Below the pieces are notes generated by a model. That model was not told the DNA's origin. It ran no database searches and worked only from the letters and a program-made list of their open reading frames with translations. From Camelus dromedarius (taxonomy: Eukaryota), in assembly GCF_036321535.1 (NCBI RefSeq), contig NC_087437.1:106642001-106706000 (forward strand): a stretch of 64,000 nt of DNA. Reading direction: 5' to 3'. Position 1 is the first letter of the stretch. The number at the start of each line of letters is the position of its first letter. A program made the position numbers and the translations under genes. Shown here piece by piece: positions 11,192 to 25,590 of the stretch.

Positions 11192-14074
11192 TATGTGAAA
11201 ATGCTCATTAGTCCCAAAGGAGGGTAACTATTGAAAAATGTTAAAATAAAGGGATCTACACCATTTTCAGAAAAATCACATTTACAAAGCAATAAAGGAT
11301 ATCCATTTAAATATACAAGATATGCATTGATGTTTGGAAATTTTGACATATACTGACAGAGTAATGTGAAAATTGTGCACAGTTGTTGACATTCAAGTAA
11401 TAGAAGCAGGGAAAGTCAAAGGTTAGCCATAGATGACTCCTGTCAAGAACCATGTGTATGTCCGTGAACCTGTATTTAATGGCCATGACCTTGTCAGCTA
11501 CCTCCTGTTTGACATTTGCAGAAAGATGTGTGATCATGAGAGGGATGAACTCATTAGCATTAAGAATCATGTAAAAACAGAATCTTTAACACATTTCTTT
11601 AAGCGTTGACTAAAAACAGTTGGTTTGGCATGGACAAAGATTACAAATGTTTCAAATTGGGTTCCCAAAGGGCAAGGAAATTGAAACAATCATATTTTGC
11701 CCCAATTGATCAGGGGATGGAATGCCCATCTCCCCTGTTGTATTGTGTTTATGCGGCCAGTATGGCCAGAGGGGTTTACGTCAGTCCAGAAAAGCACAAT
11801 ACTGGGGAATGAGCAAGAAGGGAAATGCCAAATGCTGAGTCAGACACTGGACAAGAAGTTCTGTTCTGATTTTTCAAAAGACAAAGACCATAGATTTGAG
11901 ATTGAGAGGCTCATTCATTTATTGATTCAGCCAATATTTAGAGAGCACCTCTTCTGTGCTGGGGTTCTGTGCTTGTTGCTATGGTTACAGACAGGAAAAG
12001 GCAGAAATGAGCTCCCAAGCCAAGTTTGCTATATTGTAATCATCCCTGGACTGACTTCCATGCTTTTTGTAAATGATTTCTGGAGTTCATAGGCTCTCTC
12101 TACATTTGTGTGGTTTCCTAGGGTTTTCAAATATTTAACAGTGTCTAAGCTTTTCCCAATTGTCCTAAACTCTTCAGTTAATTCATATTCCAAAATTGAT
12201 ACAGGAGCAAATGGATATCCCCTCTCCCCAAACTCCAGCCCCGCAATTATGACATTTTAATGGGTGAATAGTCTTCATTAAATATTCTCTATCCTGACTG
12301 TTTTCTCTGAAAAATTGAAAATGCTACTTACGTTTCTGGGAGTCTTAATTTGGATGTTGGCCTCCAAGCGTAAAATTCCCCAAGATTTTTGGACCCAAGA
12401 ACTACTATGTGTGAGAGATTGATCTATTTTGTGTTACGCATTAGAGTTTATTGTCTCATTTATTTATTCTGTTCTGTCCCTGACCCATCTGTATTTCAAT
12501 AATCATAGCAACTAGTATTTGTAGATATCTTTTCATCACATCTGATTTGTAACTACTCTGAAGATTTTATTGTGATAAATTAAATATCTTAACAGTGTAT
12601 GTAGTTTTGCTGAGTACAACAGTTAGGATTCTGAATACGTAACTAGAATGTAAACTTCTGAAGAGCAGGAGTTTGTTTTATTGTGCTAAATAGCTTGCTA
12701 CATTTTGATGAATACTTTGACTAATTCAGGAGATGAACTGATGGGGATAAATTTCCTAAGTACTTTAAAGAAAATTATTTATGATGGTTCTTTCATCTGT
12801 TAATGGAAGAGTGTTATTTTTCTCTTAACGATTGTAAGATTTTTTCTTTTTTTGGTATCTAACTTTTTAAATAGAAATATGTAAATGAAATCTGGACTTT
12901 TGGGAACCAAGTACTTTGAATCTTCATAAATGTCTTCCTTTTCATAAAACCACACTGTCTGAGAAGAACTCTCGCACGATTGTGTCTTAATTCACTGTGT
13001 AAACAGATTCTTTATGTAAGTTATCTTTATTGATGGAATCTGACTAGTGTGTTTGTGCTTGTGTCCACGGAATGCTTATAGAGACTCGGGATTTATGGGT
13101 TTGGGGACTTTTAAAAATCCATTTGAAGCAAGTGGATTTTCTATAGAAGAGTAGATACCTAGTTAAAAAGAAAAGCAATACTTTATCTGATGTTACAAAG
13201 AGCTCTTCATTTTTGACACTCAATCTCTGACAAAGTTAACTTATGAGGAATAAATTACATTACTTAGCAACCTTCTATTCATTTCACCACATTGTTAAAG
13301 CTTATATTCTGCAAATAATTCACAGAATGAAACAACGGGCATCAATTATATACATTAAGAAACATTAAAAATTCAAATGGTTATTACCTATTCAACTCAA
13401 TGCCTAGATTGTTAGTTTATAAGAAAATGAATTTCTAAGTAAATTGTTAATTGAGAAGAGAAGCCTTAATAAATTTTAATTTTCTTTAGGAGTATCTTGA
13501 AATACTAAAGGTATGTCTTATAGAAATTCTATATTTTATAGATTCCATTTACTGTTTCTACAATAGATACATTTCTATTATGTTTATTGATTGATTGGTA
13601 TCCTATAAATAGCTTAAATTTTTAACACAATTCATATATCTGGAATTTGTCCTCAGGTGTGCATATCAGAAAACAAACACAGGGATGGCTGAAACTGAGC
13701 AGGCTTTCATTACTCCCAATGAAAAATATATTTTCTTAGCAGGTGCAAAATTGCAATCATAAATTGAAACAACACCAAAATAACAAGTCTGCTGATAGTG
13801 GATAATTTCTGCACTATTTTATACAAAATTTTTTTGTATAAGTTTTTACAAATTTAAGACAAGATACTGACATTTGCTAACATGTTTGAGGCCCTATGAG
13901 AAGCAAACATTCCCCCTCAAAAAAACCACAATGAAAAAACTGTACTAGGTACTGTGAGAAAATGAAACAAATTAAAGCTGGTCACTTGCAATTTAATTAA
14001 GATAATGCCTTGAATGAAAATGAAGAAGACATAAGGCAAGTTTAAAGGAACATTAGAAATTGTCTTGCTTGGGA

Positions 14075-14200
14075 CTCTAATTTTATAGGAGTGGAAACTG
14101 AGGCAGACTGAGGTTAAGTGTTTTATCCAAAGTCATGGTCAGATTGTGGCAGAGTCGGCTCCCATTTCTTTTCCAGTCCATTTTTCACTGCATGCCACTG
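14075..14200 (-). mobile_element. MIR SINE fragment
   Basis: TTTTATAGGAGTGGAAACTGAGGCAGACTGAGGTTAAGTG core. Confidence 0.7.
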
Positions 14201-14949
14201 TCTCCTGTGATAGGCGGACACATGCAAGATAATTGTAATTGCTTAAGAAAAATCAATTGGAAAAATGGTGAACTGTAATCACATATGGGCTGAAATAACA
14301 GTATTTGGGAGAGGAAACAGCATTCTGGAACATCCACCTCAGACTTGGCAAGCTGGAATGACAATCTGCGACTTGATTTTTACTGGTTATCAATCACTGG
14401 TATAACGAGGTAAATGCTGCCAGAGAAATTTAATTATTGTATCAATTATTGAATCAATTTTTTAAAAATTATGCATATGTTTAAATCTTACACAAAGCAA
14501 AGAGGTTGTGTTTTCTTCCATCATAAAATTCTCTCCTTCTTCCTTTTGATTTGATGTCAGACAGTCAAATCTGTATGGAAACAAGCCAGAGAGGGCAAGC
14601 CAAGTCTAAGAGAGCTCATTTTACAATACTGTGGTGCTAAATAGAACTATATTCTGATGAATGAGTTCCTCCACTTCTCCTTAGGTGTGGGTCGAGGGAC
14701 AGATACTAGCTAAGTCACATTTAATATTTTTAATTTCTCCCCGTTTTCTGTATTATTTATATCATATAATAAGTTAATCCATTTTTATTTGTTTTAATCA
14801 AAGCTTGGGATAGGGTTTAGAATAAGAACATCACTGAAGGTGTGGGGTCTCGTGTAGATTATACACATTTGTTTTATTTTATGGGAATTAAAATTCATGT
14901 ATTTCTTACCCTCATAAATTTATACCAACTATAACAACTTGATAAGCTT

Positions 14950-16550
14950 AAAATTTTTTGAAACAATCATAAAATTATAGGAAGTTGAAAAAATAATACA
15001 AAGAATTTTTGACTCCTGCCAATCCATTTGAAAGCAAGTTGCCAACATGATGCCCCCTGACCCAAGAATACTTTAACAGACTTACAGTCTAAGACTCTCT
15101 ACCCCTGAACCACAGTACAGCCATCAAAATCAGGCTTTATAATCAGAGCTTAACTTTGGTGTCTTACTATCATGTAATCCTCAGTCCCATTTAAGTTTCA
15201 CCAGTTGTTCCAGTTACGTCCTTTATAGCACAAAGATCCAGTTGAGAATGATGTGCTGCATTTAGCTGGCATGTCTCTTTAACTCTGTAGATTTGGCAAA
15301 GTCCTCAATCTTGAATTTCATGAACTTGACACTTTTGAAGCTTATGGGCGAGTTATTTCATGGAATGTTCTTCAATTCCAATTTTTCTAATTTTACCTTT
15401 CATTTAAATTCATGCATCTTTGGAAGGAATATCACAAAAGTGATGCTGCTTTCTTCTCACTGCATCCTGTGGTACAGGATTGTGACTTGTCCGATCACTG
15501 GTGATGTTCACTTTGATAACTAGGTTAAGGTGGTTATCTGCTAGGTTTCATCACAGCGAAGTTACTCTTTCTTCCTCTGTGAGTAGTAACTGTCCCATGG
15601 TGAGGTAATTTAAAACAATGCAAACATCTCGGGCCTCTTCAGACTTTCCCGTTATTTCTTTATTTGTTTATGTCTTTATGAACTCATGGTCAACTATTTC
15701 ATTTTGTGGACTAAAATCCACTACTATCATTTTTTAATTTTGATGCTAAAATTATTGTTGTGGGAGCCACTTTGATTGTTCTTATATTCTTTTGATGTGT
15801 CTCCATTATTCCTTGGGCATTTCTTTACTTTCTGGCACTGCAACACATTCTAGGTTCATCTTACACTTTCTCTGTCCCATTCTAGAGTTGGTCATTTTTC
15901 TAAGGAGACCTGTTTCCTTTGTAGTGAGAGTAGTATTTAGAAGCCAAGATTTGGATACTGAGTGTGTTCATGGTTATTGGGGTGCCACTGCTTTCAGAGT
16001 GTCTCAGAGGGGAAAACTAAAATATATATAATATGCACACATACACACATATGTTTATTTCTTACTTTATCTATCTATCTATCAATATATATATCAACAT
16101 CCATGAGTTCATACCAACACTTTCAATTTCAATCCAACACCATTGAATTCTTTCTATTTTTTTCCATTTCAGTATTTGTATCTTCCTTCTCCAACAGTGA
16201 ATGGCTCCATTTATACTGAATGTACATGTACTTATTTGATTGCTCCCCTGTATGTAACCAAGCTCCCATTTCCCCTGCTATTCCCTGCTCGCATGGAAGC
16301 TCTCATCACTCTGCTTGGCCTCTGACATCCTGTGCCAGGTCACGCATCTATGAGGATGCTCCTTCGCTCTTCTAGGCTGGCACTGTACTCTGGGTAAGCT
16401 TCCTACATGCATGACTTTCTTACTCACTTCAATTTCTGGCACCCTGAGCTGGGCTGTTCAGCTTCCCACGCCGCAATCCCTGCTGGCCTGTTGGTTGCTT
16501 TGCTGCACCCTATGCCCTACTTATTGGATTTATGATTAAATTGTTCAAGA
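14950..16550 (-). mobile_element. L1MC4/5-type 3' UTR
   Basis: TTTTGAAACAATCATAAAATTATAGGAAGTTGAAAAAATAATACAAAGAA... CCATTTGAAAGCAAGTTGCCAACATGATGCCCC... GGTGATGTTCACTTTGATAACTAGGTTAAGGTGG. Confidence 0.8.
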
Positions 16551-17729
16551 AGGTAAGAAAAAGGGAAAACAACTCATTAGATTTTAAAATGAAAGGTCAA
16601 ACTTCTAAAATATTTAAGCAACTCAGTGTATTATTAAAAGAGAATGATGGGGTGTATTTCTGAAAACTTGGGCTTTTTTTTTTTTTCCCACTGTTAGTTT
16701 ATAAAGAGTGCTGGATAAAGACAAAGTTTTGCTTGCAAAGTTAATTTCTGCACCATGGAGAAGAAAGCCTTGATCGTTAGCTTAGAGGTGGTAAAGGTGA
16801 GTGACCAATATAATTTCCACCAAAGACAAAGCTTTAGGACTTATTTCCCTTCCTTCAGCAAAGTTCACTTAATCATACTTTTTTTTTCTTTGCAATGGTT
16901 ACTTTTTCATTTCTTCATTACTGAGAAATGGTCCTGGATTTTGTGATTGCAAAGGACTTACTTTTCTGTACCATCAATGTTAATGCTTTTAAATAATATT
17001 TTCTTGAATGTAGTAAGTCATGTAAATCATTTTTTACTTCACTAGGTCACAGAGGACCAAACACATTTTATATGAGGGATGGGGAGCCACTCACATAAAA
17101 TATAACTGCTAGTGAGCAAGACAAGAGCATAACAAAGTTAGCATCATCACACACAAGCAGGTCATAAGGTGACTGTGTGGAACCACAGGGGATATTGTCC
17201 GGGGCCCTAGTGTTAACACCTTACCATGTCATGTCCTTGATCAACGGCACTTCTTTTCTGAGAATCAGCACGTCTCTAAGATTTGCTGTAGTCGATCAGG
17301 CAAATGCAGGGCGCCATTAATGTGATAGAGCCCCGGAGCCCCCACAGAATTATTGCAGTCTATCATGTCAAGTTCTATTTTAGAGAGATTTTTTGACTTT
17401 ATGGATCATTGATTGGATAAATCAAAATGGGTCCTTTAAAGCTCTCATGTTTTATCAGGTTGGTAGTCTTATCAGTATTGCATGCTCAATGAAACTGTCC
17501 CTCCTTGAGTCTGGACACCTAGGAAGTAACCAGTGTCTTTTCTTGATGAACTAATGAAGTTACTTGTTTCTGTCATTCATTCCATGAAGTAGAGACTTCA
17601 CTTTTTGTCTTATTTTCTGAATATTATTGCTGAGAAATGCGCTTCCATTTCACTCTGTGGAATGCTTGAAGTGATTTTTGAGGCTTTCTTCCTGGAAGTC
17701 TTAATACTTAGGAGACAAATGGCTTATTA

Positions 17730-17925
17730 TTGAACTTGGAGCTGGAAGACCTACATTTGAATGCTGACAGTGCTGCTTATTAGCAACATGGACTCAGTTT
17801 CCTTATTTGTAAAGCCAGGTATTATCATTATCTCACAACGTTTTTTCTAAGCCTCAATTAAAAAAATTCAAGTTAAAGTCATTTCAAGACTTGAAAGCAC
17901 CATGCAAATGTAAGGCATTATTAGT
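17730..17925 (+). mobile_element. MIR SINE
   Basis: GGAGCTGGAAGACCTACATTTGAAT...CTCAGTTTCCTTATTTGTAAA...AAAGCACCATGCAAATGTAAGGCATTATTA. Confidence 0.65.
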
Positions 17926-18607
17926 ATTTTGTAAAAAGTCATTACTTTAGAGGTGAAAAAAACAATTCATTAAGAAAAAATCCAAATGAAAGCAAAGTAA
18001 TACATAAAATTACCTTGAGAACTGTTGAGAGAACTTTGGTTTTGGAAATGTAAATTTGTTTTCCGGTTTAATAAATGCAAACACACTTACTCTTTTAGTG
18101 TTTAACTAGTACGTTCTAAAAAAGTTTCAAAAATGTTTGTTTCAAAAAATCTTTGCCTTACTTTGAAAGCAAGTTTAATTTCAAGGACAATATACCTGTT
18201 CTTTCCCCAAATCATCTCTGGGCAATAAGTCGAAGAATCTATTAATGTAAGGGGAGGTGTTAGTCTTACTCAGAATGAATTGAACAGCTGATTCCTAGTC
18301 AGCTGGCACGTATTCTAAGACAGTGAAAATGAGGAACAGTGACTTAGAGACTCCAGGAGACGCAGTCAGATGGTAGCGTAAAATAAGCCAATCCTTGTAA
18401 CTCTTTCAGCCAATATTAACTTACGAATGCATTAAAATTCTCCATCTTTGGAACTGTATTGGCTCCAGCAGACTGGAAGACATTTATCTCCCTGAACAAA
18501 CCTGGGGTATTAGACAAAAGGAAGTATTTTGATTATCATTGTCATAAAGGAGACCATGAACTTAGAGTGTCCTGCTCATGATTTCCAGTTGTCATCAAGA
18601 AGACCAA

Positions 18608-19092
18608 CTTAATTTGAGTCTCCCTGAAAGCAGAGCTTGAAGCTACTATGTGGGCACCCTAGTTTACTTGGGAGTTAATCCCAGGAGGCAGAAGGAGGGA
18701 GTGGGGGGTGAGACACCCAGTGGGTAAAGGGCGGGCTACTGAGCTGGCTGCCTCACAGACAAGTCGTGCTCAATTCTATTGGAGCCCTTTTAGAATTCAC
18801 CTTAGAGATGCTCCAGCGAGTACAGGGTGGCTGACTCAACTATCCATTGATTCCTGTCTCCCATTGGTTGGGGACCGCCCCAGAGGTGCTTTTGCATCAC
18901 GCACTTCCAAGCTGTGCCTATGTGGAGGACTTGCGAGATGAGCTGCCTCAAGTGACTTCAGAGAAAGTCTCAAATCTGAGAGGGGGCCAAGGCACATCCT
19001 GAAATGGGATGCTGGTCACTTGCACAGTATTGTTCTTCACTGCTGTGCTGAAATCTGGGGCACCAGGTGATGTGGCCAAGTGTGTCTGCTAC
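18608..19092 (-). mobile_element. ERVL solo LTR, LTR33-like
   Basis: Antisense LTR end TTAATTTGAGTCTCCCTGAAAGCAGAGCTTGA...TAGTTTACTTGGGAGTTAATCCCAGGAGGCAG; ends GTGTCTGCTACA. Confidence 0.7.
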
Positions 19093-21099
19093 AAGGAAGA
19101 GAAAACAGATAGTGTAAGAGAAGCCAATATCTAATTATTTATTACAAAGGTGAGATAACATTGTAATTGTAGGATCACAGGCTGCACGGAGTGGAAAATG
19201 AACATTAAAGTCATTTCTCTAGGATTCGTCAGAAGAGAGAATGCTGTGATTCTAATGATTAATGTTGAGTGTCTAAATTGATGTATTTCTGTAATGGCTG
19301 AAGTCTTACAAGCTCTTTTAGTTTGCAGGGAACACGTTTTCAGAAACACAGTGTCATATGTTCTGATCCTCAGTTAGTTAAGCAACGTCTGATCTGTGAT
19401 TTGGTGTCCTGGGGGACCTACCCTCAGAAAGGGAGCGTCCTGTGCAAATGGACATTTTTCAGAGAAAGCTCCCAACACATGGAGTACCATACTGGAGTTC
19501 TGGTTTGAGAAAGCCTCTTGGGGGCTTATTATCATGTTTTGAGCTCTTCTCATCCTGGAGAAAACCAAATAGTTGTGAATTGAAGGGTTATTAGGTTGTA
19601 AGCATTTCATTGAATCTGAGATTTTGCACAACCATCATCTAATCTCCATCCCTTATCTTACAGGGGTCATAGGAGTTTCACAATTTATTTGACATCCGTT
19701 TGTGAATGGGCAGACTGGGACTAGAACCTGTCCCTCTTGGAATTCAGGTCAGTATTCTGCCACAGCATCTTAGATAATACGCACTTGTCAATTTGCATAG
19801 TCAGTCTTTCACTTTTGTGCCACGCAGGGTCACTGTTTAAGTAAGCAGTGATACACTTCCTGGCCTTTAGAATTTTAAATCTCTGGGCTTAGTGAAATTC
19901 CCCAGACACCTTTAAGAACCTGTGGAAAGGAAAATGAATGCAGGCTTTTGGAGTGTTTTGAATACCAAAAGCCCAAACTGCACATGTAAATGACAAGGGT
20001 TTAAAAAGAATACCTTAACAGCTGGCTGAATAAATCAACCAAACTTGAAATGTTCACTTGCCTGTGGAAGTTTTCTTCTTGGGAGTGAGAGAATCCTTGG
20101 GGGAAAGAGGGTAATAGGTAAGCACTTCCACCTCTCGCCACCTCGGGAATTGGAGTGAGCTGCGTAGTTATTCATGTGCACTAGAGATAACGTAACACAA
20201 AACTAAACTTTATAATCCAGGGAGGCTCATGGTGTGGAATTCAGACCGCTGGGATCTTCCCGTGTCTGGGCAGGCCTGGGGCTTTACTATCAAAGAAATT
20301 TCTGCAACGAAATAACGTACCAGCTTCTGAAGTTGGGATTTCATGAAGGCACTTCATGAATTTGGCTTATACTTTTGTTGCTAGGGAAATGAAATTTCCA
20401 CTGTTTCCTCCTGTTTGGCACCAGCCCCCCCACCCCCCAGCCGATATCCCCCCTGTGGCTAGCCAAGGGCTAGCCCTGCTCTGTTTGGGAAGGAGGTGGA
20501 ACCTCGTTTTCTGTTATACACCTACCATGACTCACTCAGGGTCCTTGGAATTGTCCTTCCAAAGCATCGCAAGTGAAGAACTAACCCAGACTCAGGGAAG
20601 GGGGGGTGATACCAACTCTACGGTGCTTGGATCACTGGGATCCAGATGTGGGCGTCCGTGGCAGCGGGTGATGCCTGGGGCGAAGGAGATCTGTCGCTCT
20701 ATTCAGAGCAGCCACAAGCAGCCCTGAGGGTTCAGTCCGGCCTCCACTTGCAGGGGAGACGTCAACAGGGAACATGCTCCTCGGACTCCGGGCTTCTGCC
20801 AGGGATGCCCTTTCCTGGCCGCAGGCTCTTGAGGGGAATGAATAATGAGAGACCCAGGCCAGAGGGACGACAGAAGCAGTGAATTGATGGGGGCTCTTTC
20901 CTGAAAAGGTTAACAGAAACTATAGGGTGTGATTTATTGAAACAGTCAGAGTGAAAATGCTTGTATATGGTACTCCTATGTTTTAACTACAATGGTTATT
21001 TTTATGATTAATGTTCATATCCATATTTACAGAATAAGAGCAACGTACACGGTCAGATTAGTGCTGGAACTCATGCTGGATAATAAGCTTTAAGAAAAA

Positions 21100-21520
21100 C
21101 CCTTTCGTAATAGAAAATTTCAAACATATTCAAAGGGAGAGAGAGGAACAAAATGAACCCCATGTACCCATCCCTTCTCTCCAGCAATTATACAATTATC
21201 AGGGCGTGGCCAGTTTTATTTGACCTATACCCACTCTCCATCTTGTCCCGAATCGTGTTGAAGCAAATCCCAGATGTAATACTTCATCTCTGTTAGTAGT
21301 CTTGACAGTTTTTTTTTAAAAAGACTTAATGCTAATAAAACTACCATACCCAGAATTTAATAATTTGTTAGCATCACATAATGTCCAATCTGTATTCAAA
21401 ATTTGCTGATTTCTGTATGTCAGTTTGTTTACGTAAAGACCCTTAGGAGACCTACACATGGCACGGGGCTGGTATGGCACTTAAGTCTCTTTTCATCTCC
21501 ACTGGTTCCCAGTCTCTCTT
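21100..21520 (-). mobile_element. L1MC5/L1ME-type 3' fragment
   Basis: GAAAATTTCAAACATATTCAAAG...AATGAACCCCATGTACCCATC... TTGAAGCAAATCCCAGA. Confidence 0.7.
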
Positions 21521-22289
21521 TCTGTTCTTTTTCTGGCTTATTTTTATTGTTGTTGTTATTGTTATTAAAAAAAAAACAGTTTGGTTTTAAGGCAAAACAT
21601 TGTCATTTAAGCTTACACGTCAATGTTACTATGATTGGTTTATTTGTGTTAAAAAATGATTCAAGAAGACAATTTAGGTGATATAAACAAACTTTATTTT
21701 AAGCACGTCATGAAGCTGACAGTCTCCTTGTGGAGAACTGCTAAACGGAGCAGAAGGCAGGAAGCTTGTAGAGGACAAGGAGCAAAGAACAGGAAAGGGA
21801 CAGAGAGAAAACACCTGGCTGGCTGGGGCCACATAGTCAGCCCAGTTTGGGGCGAGAAGGCCTGGAGTTGGCTTGGCATTTGAGGATAGAATGACTGGAT
21901 GGTCCGTGTTTCTGGAACAGTAAAGCATTTACAGGGGCACAGAAGTTCTCTGAGTTTCAGTTTGCTGATATGGCACCCGGGGCGGGAATGGTTCCGTCTT
22001 GAAACTTGACTTCGTCCCGAAGCCATCAATGCTGGTGCCCACCAGACCTGCTTTCCCGCCATCCCACGCTCCTGGAGGGCCGTGTTTGTTTCATTCTGTG
22101 GGTGTCCCTGGCTTATCAGTAGGCACTGCCTCACGGTGAGAAGCTTTCCATCTGACCCTGTGTTACAATATCCTGATCATTTTGGCCCGTAGTCACTCGT
22201 GGAACTTTGTAGTAACCCACTTGTTGGTGCACAGGCCAAAGCGACTACAAGTCAGCAAATCAAAGCGGGTTCCCACAGAGGGGAGATGT

Positions 22290-22515
22290 GTGGGTTTAGG
22301 GGCAGCCTGGACCCGAGGTTTGAAACTGAGTGACAAGGGCTGGCTGTGTTCTTTGGGGCAAGGACTTACCTGCACTTACTCTCGGTTCCCTAACCCTCAA
22401 GTGAGTGTGATGCTCTTATGAGCTGCCGTCGAGCTATGTTGTTGGGGGTAAATGAGGTGATGTTGGGGGTCTTAGCTGGGTGCTCCCACACAGTGGGCAC
22501 TGAGTAAATGTGAGT
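22290..22515 (+). mobile_element. MIR SINE (diverged)
   Basis: GCAGCCTGGACCCGAGGTTTGAA...GGCTGTGTTCTTTGGGGCAAGGACTTACC...CACAGTGGGCACTGAGTAAATG. Confidence 0.55.
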
Positions 22516-22584
22516 GTGGTGACTGCCGTGGTGCTCCACCCCCATCATCATTTTTTGAGTACGTTTCATTTTCTTACACGTTCA

Positions 22585-23045
22585 AAAAACTACAGTTTTA
22601 GATTTACAGAGTGATTGAATAGATAGTACTTAGCAGTTCCATATACCCACCCGCCTTCCCATTTTCTCCATTATTGTCCCATTATTAGTATCTTGCATGT
22701 ATGTGTTTCCTTTGCTACAATCTGTGAACCAATACTGATACATTATTGGCAACTACAGTCTTGCATTTCCAGTAGGGCTCACTCTTTGCATTGTATGTGT
22801 TCTGGGTTTTGACAAATGCGTGATGTCATGTATCCACAAATCAGTTTCAAACAGAAAAATTATAGCATCCTAAAATCCCCTGGGCTTCACCTATTTATCA
22901 CTCTGTCCCTCTCCCCAAGCCTCAGGCAGCCACTGGTCATTTTACTGTCTCTATAGTTCTGCCTTTTCCAAAATGTCATATAGCTGGAAGCAGACGGTAT
23001 GTAGCCTTTTCAGGCTGGCTTCTTTCACTTAGCAGTATGCTTTAA
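22585..23045 (-). mobile_element. L1MC/MD-type 3' end
   Basis: CAGTTTTAGATTTACAGAG...GTTCCATATACCCAC... TGCCTTTTCCAAAATGTCATATAGCTGGAA...GGCTTCTTTCACTTAGCA. Confidence 0.8.
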
Positions 23046-25389
23046 AGTTTTATTTTTTTTTTTAACGCGTTTGATTTACAATGAATGGAAAGCATTACAC
23101 AGTGCATGGTCTTTGTGGAGACACTGGGAGCTGCTTTCGACCACTTAACCTCCTTCTTGGTATCTTTCTTCCTATCTTATTAGAATGCATTCAGTTTCTA
23201 ACTCTAAGAGTTATTCCTTGGAATTTGTAAGGCCTTGTGTATAAAAAGCCTCTGTCAAAATAGCATGCTACCTTAAAAAAGTAACTCATTAGCATCCATT
23301 AAGCCTTACGTGTTAATTATAACCATGAAGTTTGAAGGTTATGGCTGAATGATTTATTACTAAGAAGCCAAAGGCTTCTAGATGTCTGATTCCAAGGATA
23401 GAGCTTAAGTCTGAGTGATTCTAAGGATACAAAAGTATCAATAAATTATGGGATCTTCCCCTCCTCCTCTTTATCTTATCCTAAGCTGCTACTATTTCAT
23501 GATATATTTAAGTGTTGATCATGTCAGATACTGAGGCCATCAAAGATATTCTAAAAATAGTAAGTCTCTGCTGCCTTTTTAGAGCTTTAATGGGAGAACT
23601 GGTTTTCTTTGCTTTCCCCTGAGAATTTTGCTTGGCTGTTGTGTCTGTTCCGATGTTCCAGTTGTTGGTCTCAGGTTGGAAAAGTGCCATGGAACCTCAT
23701 GTTTAACCAAATGATATTTTTGGTATACGATCCTTATCTTTGATTTTGATTGTATTTTGTATTCTAGCATATTATCCTGGTTTTTTCCTTCCAAAAATTA
23801 AAACATATTTAGGGTCCAGGTTTTGCCATGTTGAGTTCTAAATCCTATCTGTTGGCTAAGTCTTTCTATGATCTTGTTGAATTGTCAACAGAGGCAGTGG
23901 ATGACTGATAAATATGTTTTTAGTCTCTCTAACAGAAAAGTGGAGGAAGGACCATACTTTGCATGTCCACACCACCTGACATCATCATTCTGACTTTATT
24001 CATGAACGTTATTTTGCAATATGTGAGACCCAAGACAAAATCTACCTCTCTTAGCCCTAGTTTGGCTTCCAAATAAAATAGTCTGTTAGTTCATTCTAAG
24101 ATATCATATCAAAGTCTTATCACTGTGCTGGGTCTAGCTAAGATTCGGACCAGGTGGCAAATGGATGAGGCACATTTTGATGGAGGAAATGGAGAGAAAT
24201 CCAGAGCAGGGGAAGGAGGGTTAGGCTGCTTCAACTGGGTACCTCAGTTGATCCTCAGGAGCCAGGAAGCTTTAGCTTCCCACATGTGGTTTGGACACTG
24301 AAGCTGGAAGTGATAAAGGCTTAGCAGGTAGGATACAAACCAGATTCTTCCAGTTCACAGCTTTGTTTTGAGAGCAGCCCAGAGCACACCAAAGGAAGCA
24401 AATTCTCATCAGAACAGAACTTCAGCACTCCCGTTGTAAAGGCTGGTCTCATGTAGGTATGTCCTTGGGATTTATCATAAGTAGACTTGATTCAATTTAA
24501 GCAATGCTCTAGCAATTTGAGAACCCAGGAAAACCTCAACCACTGTAGACCCAGCTGGAAAGCCTGTGATGGCCATATTGTGAGTACAAGCATGAACCTG
24601 AGGGATTCATTCCAAACTGAAGTAGAGGATCCTCTAGTCCACTGATTCTTAATCAGTAAGCATTAGACCACCTGTGTTGGAAATTGATGGATGCTAAAGT
24701 ACAGATTTCTGGACCCCACCTCAGACCGACTGGAACAAAGGTTCTATGAGGGGAGGTCTAAGAATTTGCCTGTTCACATGCTAGAAACCTCTTATTCATA
24801 CCCAGGACAGATATTTATCCCTGGGGATATAGCAAACCCACCACTTGAGAATGAACGCGGTACTTTGAGCCCGCAGCTCAAATGGGCTGGGATATTTTTG
24901 GCAAAGCTTCTATTATAGATAAAACAACTGTCACATCGCCAGCAAAGAGCTTCATAAAACATTCCAGTCTCTGTGGGTAGCATCATTTCCTGTTGTTCTC
25001 AAATCCTGATATATTCTCGAGAAGTTTCATTCTTTCATCAGGTTCTCTCAGCTAAGTAAATGTGCTGAGGCCCTGGGCGTACTTGCAGTTCTTGCGTTGG
25101 AATGTAATCTCATAGAGTAAAATCTCACAGAGCTATGTTTGGATAACATAGTAGGACAAATGGATTTGTGCCTGTGCAGTTACATAAGTTCAAGTTTCGC
25201 ATATTTGTACATTGTGTTATTTAACAAACATGGACTAGGCACTCTCCTAGAGCTTTAATCCAATTGCTGTTAATTCATAGTATAATTTAACTTTGATTGA
25301 AGAGTAGAATTGAAGTAGCAACAGTATATCTAGTGATCTGATGTCAAAGACTTTGTACCTGTCTTCTTCGGGGTGGCAGTTGGTACACA

Positions 25390-25590
25390 GAGAATGGGCA
25401 TTGGATTCAAACAGACATTGGCCCCAGCTTTTCCATTTGTTGGTTGTGTAAAATGAGACATCATATTTAACTTCTCTGAGTCTCCACTTTCTCAACTATA
25501 AAAAGAGGACAGTAGTCTATCACTTGTATAGTATAGAAAATTACCTTACTGCAGTATCTGGAACCTACCAAATGCTCAAGAAATAAGGTG
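25390..25590 (+). mobile_element. MIR SINE
   Basis: ATTTAACTTCTCTGAGTCTCCACTTTCTCAACTATAAAA core. Confidence 0.65.
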
